Of a stretch of 64,000 bases of DNA, positions 60,312 to 64,000 are shown one piece after another. Each line of letters begins with the position of its first letter. The stretch's first letter is position 1. Made by a program: the position numbers and the translations under genes. The notes beneath the pieces are model-generated. The model was given only the letters and a program-made list of their open reading frames with translations, did no database searches and had not been told where the DNA came from. Source of the stretch: Candidatus Aminicenantales bacterium (GTDB taxonomy: Bacteria; Acidobacteriota; Aminicenantia; Aminicenantales; UBA4085); NCBI GenBank assembly GCA_049515535.1, contig JBEKTZ010000002.1, forward strand, positions 27,787-91,786. The letters run 5' to 3'.

Positions 60312-61097
60312 ATGCCTCACCGAAAGCCGCCGTTTATCGCCGGGAATTGGAAGATGAATTTGACCGTTCCTGAGGCGAAAGCTCTGCTCGCGTCCATCCT
60401 TCGGGCCGGCCCCTTGCTTTCCGAGGCGGCCATCGTCGTCATCCCGCCGTTCACCGCGCTCGTCGATGCGGCCAAGCTTCTTTTGGACACACCCGTCCGG
60501 CTCGGCGCCCAAAACCTTTTCTGGGAAAATCAAGGCGCTTACACGGGCGAAATTTCCGCGCCGATGCTGGCCGATGTCGGCTGCCGCTACGTGATCGTCG
60601 GCCACTCGGAAAGACGCGGGCATTTCGGCGAGACGGACTCCGTTGTCGGCAAGAAAATCCTCGCCGCTCTCGGGGCGGGACTTCAGCCCATCGTTTGCAT
60701 TGGAGAAACTCTCGAAGAACGCGAAGCCGGGCAAACCGTCCGGAAAATTGCCCGTCAAATTCTAGGAGGCCTGGAAGGACTGCCCGCCGAACGTTTCCGC
60801 GACGTGATCATCGCCTACGAGCCGATTTGGGCCATCGGCACCGGGAAAACCGCCTCGCCGGCCCAGGCCGAAGAGATCCACGCTTTTATCCGAAGGACGC
60901 TCGAAGAAAAATATGGAAATGAGGCCGCGTCTTGTGCTATCATTCTCTATGGCGGGTCGGTAAAGCCCGCCAATTCTTATTCCCTTTTCAAGGAAAAGAA
61001 TATCGACGGGTTTCTCGTCGGTGGCGCTTCGTTGGAAGCGGAATCCTTCATCCTGATTACGAAAGAAGCGATGAAAGCTTATAAGGAAGAACATTGA
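60312..61097 (+). CDS. tpiA: Triosephosphate isomerase
   Basis: AGNWKMN, GHSERR, AYEPIWAIGTG and YGGSV. Confidence 0.96.
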   Translation: MPHRKPPFIAGNWKMNLTVPEAKALLASILRAGPLLSEAAIVVIPPFTALVDAAKLLLDTPVRLGAQNLFWENQGAYTGEISAPMLADVGCRYVIVGHSERRGHFGETDSVVGKKILAALGAGLQPIVCIGETLEEREAGQTVRKIARQILGGLEGLPAERFRDVIIAYEPIWAIGTGKTASPAQAEEIHAFIRRTLEEKYGNEAASCAIILYGGSVKPANSYSLFKEKNIDGFLVGGASLEAESFILITKEAMKAYKEEH

Positions 61098-61525
61098 GCG
61101 CATTAATCACGATCATCCATGTGGCCGTTTGCCTGATCCTGGTCGTCGCCGTCCTGATGCAATCCGGCAAGGCGGCTGATCTCGCCGGCGCGTTCGGCGG
61201 AGTCGGCAGCGCCACGGCTTTCGGCGCCCGCGGCACGCAGACCATTTTATCCAAGTTGACGACCATCTGCGCGATCCTTTTCATGTTCACGTCGCTGGGG
61301 CTTTGGATTCTCTCCGGCAGGGAAGCCAAATCCGCGGTCAGCGGCGTGAAAACCCAGCCCGCCCAGACCCAGGCGAATACGAAGAATGAGCCGGCCCAGA
61401 AGCCGCAGACGACCTCTCCGGCCGCGACGGATAAAGACAAAAAACAGCCGGAAGCCAAGGCGCCCGCCAAAAAAGTTCCGGATACGGCGCAAAAGAAAGC
61501 GGCCGCTCCCGGAACCAATAAATAA
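61094..61525 (+). CDS. secG: Preprotein translocase subunit SecG with long low-complexity tail
   Basis: VLMQSGK..DLAGAFGG..KLTT; follows tpiA. Confidence 0.92.
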   Translation: MSALITIIHVAVCLILVVAVLMQSGKAADLAGAFGGVGSATAFGARGTQTILSKLTTICAILFMFTSLGLWILSGREAKSAVSGVKTQPAQTQANTKNEPAQKPQTTSPAATDKDKKQPEAKAPAKKVPDTAQKKAAAPGTNK

Positions 61526-61551
61526 ACCCCCTCTCATTTCAAGCGGACTGT

Positions 61552-61638
61552 GCCGAAGTGGTGGAATTGGCAGACACACTAGCTTGAGGGGCTAGCGAGC
61601 CTTACCCGCTCGTAGGGGTTCGAGTCCCCTCTTCGGCA
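61552..61638 (+). tRNA. tRNA-Leu(GAG)
   Basis: GCCGAAGTGGTGGAATTGGCAGACAC-CTAGCTTGAGGGGCTAG-variable arm-GGTTCGAGTCCCCTCTTCGGCA; usual position after secG. Confidence 0.93.
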
Positions 61639-61723
61639 TTTCCCTTTTCTACGGAAAATTCCAGGACATAGCCGGTCCCTTTTCCATGACGGCGCTCCTC
61701 CCTTTCGCGGCGAGGATGATGGG

Positions 61724-62161
61724 CTATGCTTTCGAGGCGACCCAGAGAGAAAAATCCGCTTCGGACATGGCCCCCGACGTCCGGCCGACCTCGAAGCCTT
61801 TCTTTATGACCACGAAGGTCGGAACGGCCTGGATTTTGAAAGCGGAGGCCAGCTCCCCCGCCTCATCCACGTTCACCTTGAGGACCATGATATCGCCGGC
61901 CCGGCGTTTGGCCAGGCTTTCGACGATGGAGGTCATCCTATGGCAGGGCATGCAAGTCGGCGAATAAAAATCGACGAGGAGCGCGAGAGCTGCCTTTTGA
62001 ATGAGGTTCACGGCTTGAGATGATGACGGCTCCAAGACCCGCCCCGGCACGGGCAAGGGACTTTTGCAGCGGCCGCAAACGATTGTCTTTCCTCCGGCTT
62101 CCAAGGGAAATTGATTCGTCGTTCCACATTCGAGGCAGCTGATTTTCACTTTTTCGGCCAA
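61724..62161 (-). CDS. Thioredoxin 2-like protein with N-terminal zinc finger
   Basis: CLEC...CGRC zinc site, LLVDFYSPTCMPC and IQAVPT (cis-Pro loop). Confidence 0.85.
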   Translation of the reverse strand: MAEKVKISCLECGTTNQFPLEAGGKTIVCGRCKSPLPVPGRVLEPSSSQAVNLIQKAALALLVDFYSPTCMPCHRMTSIVESLAKRRAGDIMVLKVNVDEAGELASAFKIQAVPTFVVIKKGFEVGRTSGAMSEADFSLWVASKA

Positions 62162-62179
62162 GGATCGGCTCCTAACGTT

Positions 62180-62944
62180 TCATCGCTCTCGCGTTTTTTC
62201 CAAAAGGTGTTTTCTTTTCGCTTCCGGAAATCTCTCGATCGCGTACCGGAGCGTCGTGCGCGGGATTTTAGGACCATGGCGATAGAGAAACTTCTCCAGC
62301 CGGGCTATGTCCGTCTTACCCGCTTCCCGGAGAAGCCAGCCGTTGGCCTTCTCGATCAGATCTTCTTCGAAAGGAAAGAGCTTTCTCGAAATCTGATAGA
62401 CCACATCGAGATATTTCCCCTTCCGGGCCAGCTTGATGAAGGCCACGGCGGAGGCCCGCTTGACCCACATATTCGGGTGGGCGGTCCAACCCTTGATCCG
62501 GTGAACGAGATCGGGATATTTTTCCATCAGGCCGCCCAAACCGTCGGGACATAGGCCGTCCACGGATGCCCAATTGTCGCAATAATCCTGGGCCAGCCAT
62601 TTCTTGATCAAGGAAAAAACGGGGCGGCCGAAATCCTTTTGAAAGCGGAGAAAAAAGATTTCCGCCGTGCTTTTGACCTCTAAATATTTGTTCGGCAGAA
62701 GGATTTCGCACAGATCGATCGCTTCTTCGATCGTCCAATTCCTTCGCACCGATTCATAAAGATCCCGGGCGATCTCCCGGATATCCTCCGCCGCTAGGCC
62801 GTAGGACGACACGTTTTCCTTGAAATATCTTTGGATTTGAACGGCTTTTTCCGGATCTGCTTTGGCCCTGAGCGAGTTGACGATTTTTTTTGCCAGATCT
62901 TCGGGAGACACGCTCTTTCGTTCCTTTTTGGTTTCAGCCGTCAT
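62180..62944 (-). CDS. DNA alkylation repair protein (AlkD-like HEAT-repeat family)
   Basis: DNWASVD, W.KRAS, DLIEKANGWLLREAGK and LRYAIERF. Confidence 0.85.
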   Translation of the reverse strand: MTAETKKERKSVSPEDLAKKIVNSLRAKADPEKAVQIQRYFKENVSSYGLAAEDIREIARDLYESVRRNWTIEEAIDLCEILLPNKYLEVKSTAEIFFLRFQKDFGRPVFSLIKKWLAQDYCDNWASVDGLCPDGLGGLMEKYPDLVHRIKGWTAHPNMWVKRASAVAFIKLARKGKYLDVVYQISRKLFPFEEDLIEKANGWLLREAGKTDIARLEKFLYRHGPKIPRTTLRYAIERFPEAKRKHLLEKTRER

Positions 62945-63026
62945 GGGACTATCACCATCCGCTCATTGGCCCAAAAGAATCGTACACTTTTGGAAAAAGT
63001 CGTGTCAAGGCTTGAATGCGCCCCGG

Positions 63027-63420
63027 TTATACCCCCCGCACCCTCACGACATAGGTCAGCGGCGTTTCCAGCACGGCGTCCGCGTGCCATCCGGCGCCCT
63101 CAGCAAGGGCCATGAACGCCTCCCGGCTGCGGGAAACCGAGGAGAGCTGGATGGAGGAATTGGCCAGCCGGGAAACTTCGTTCTCCCTCATCACCGTGCC
63201 GCACATCAGCGCGACGGCCGCGTGGCGCTTCAGGACCGTCAGATTGGCGCCGATATCCAAGTCGCTTCCATATTCGAACAACCCGCCTTCGGACGAGGCG
63301 CCCACAATTCCTTCGGACCCTAGCCTCCAGGAGTTTATCCAACGGCTCCGTTTTTCCCCAGTCGTAGGACAGATGCTCCCAAGCCTGGTCCAAACCGGCC
63401 AGCGGCCCGAAAAAATCAAC
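63027..63420 (-). pseudogene. Probable frameshifted 3' fragment of a hypothetical (methyltransferase-like) gene
   Basis: GPLAGLDQAWEHLSYDWGKTEPLDKLL in one frame appears to continue as GIVGASSEGGLFEYGSD..ANL in the adjacent frame. No credible start or RBS. Confidence 0.4.
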
Positions 63421-63437
63421 TGTCCGGCAGGCGTAAT

Positions 63438-64000
63438 CTACCGGAGCGACATCCCCAGGATAAACAACATTTCGATGTAGCTTCCGAACAGGATGAAAAT
63501 GCCGGAGACGAGATACAGGACAAGGAAAATCCTGAGTCCTCCCTTCAGGCCTTCTTTTCTTGAGGAAAAGCCGAAGCGCTTGTAGAGAGCCGTCCAAAAA
63601 AGGACGCAGAGGCCTCCGCAGATCGTCAGAAAATAGCCGCCGAACTCGCCAATCAGCATTCCCCACATCTGGTACGACATGTCGCCCTGGGCGAACGTCA
63701 ATCCCTGGATAAATCGCCCGTAGGGGTAGAGCGCCAAGGGCAAGATGAAGACGGTGCGAACGACCATGGTCAAATTGCCGACGACCCAATTGTTGAAGAA
63801 GATGAGGAACATGGATTTGACGGCGTTTCCCTTGAAAATGTAGCTGGAGAGCTTGCGGCGCTCCCAGTCTTTATATTTCTGAAGCAGATCGCCGTACCCG
63901 GGAATCTTCAATTCGAGATTCCGGCTCCAATCGAAGATTTTAGAAGTCTTGAGCGTGTTGATGTCCGCGAGTTTTCTTTTTCCGGCGATATAACCCGCGC
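63438..64000 (-). CDS. Membrane protein, SpoIIM-like; 5' end lies beyond the window
   Basis: Frame is open to the window end; IFFNN motif, several TM helices, internal Glu (GEFGG) and terminal GSYIE resemble the SpoIIM family pattern. Confidence 0.55.
   Translation of the reverse strand, partial: AGYIAGKRKLADINTLKTSKIFDWSRNLELKIPGYGDLLQKYKDWERRKLSSYIFKGNAVKSMFLIFFNNWVVGNLTMVVRTVFILPLALYPYGRFIQGLTFAQGDMSYQMWGMLIGEFGGYFLTICGGLCVLFWTALYKRFGFSSRKEGLKGGLRIFLVLYLVSGIFILFGSYIEMLFILGMSLR

Overview
GC-rich bacterial chromosome window, most likely from an anaerobe. The gene mix (VPS10/BNR proteins, kinase-TPR, DUF362, SH3-beta-barrel, PFOR) suggests Aminicenantes/Acidobacteriota, which is an inference only. 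Most of the window is housekeeping: Xaa-Pro aminopeptidase, tRNA-fMet, a stand-alone nuoJKLMN block, maf, rnpB, a sigma-54 regulator with a divergent M16 peptidase pair, PFOR, dnaX-ybaB-recR, rocD, two tRNA-Ser, hom/thrC, tadA, hflKC, apt-tsaE-nnr and gap-pgk-tpiA-secG-tRNA-Leu. The accessory stretch at about 8.9-20 kb is the most interesting part. It holds a low-GC radical SAM gene resembling the archaeal tetraether-lipid-modifying Grs/Gms/Gmm family, bracketed by two same-orientation IS91-like remnants and adjacent to a SPASM radical SAM, SDR and HpnA/DFR-like reductase trio (a candidate bacterial membrane-lipid tailoring module). A second notable feature is that the 5' helices P1-P3 of RNase P RNA are encoded inside the last codons of a response regulator gene. 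All family assignments come from recognising motifs by eye; no database searches were run.
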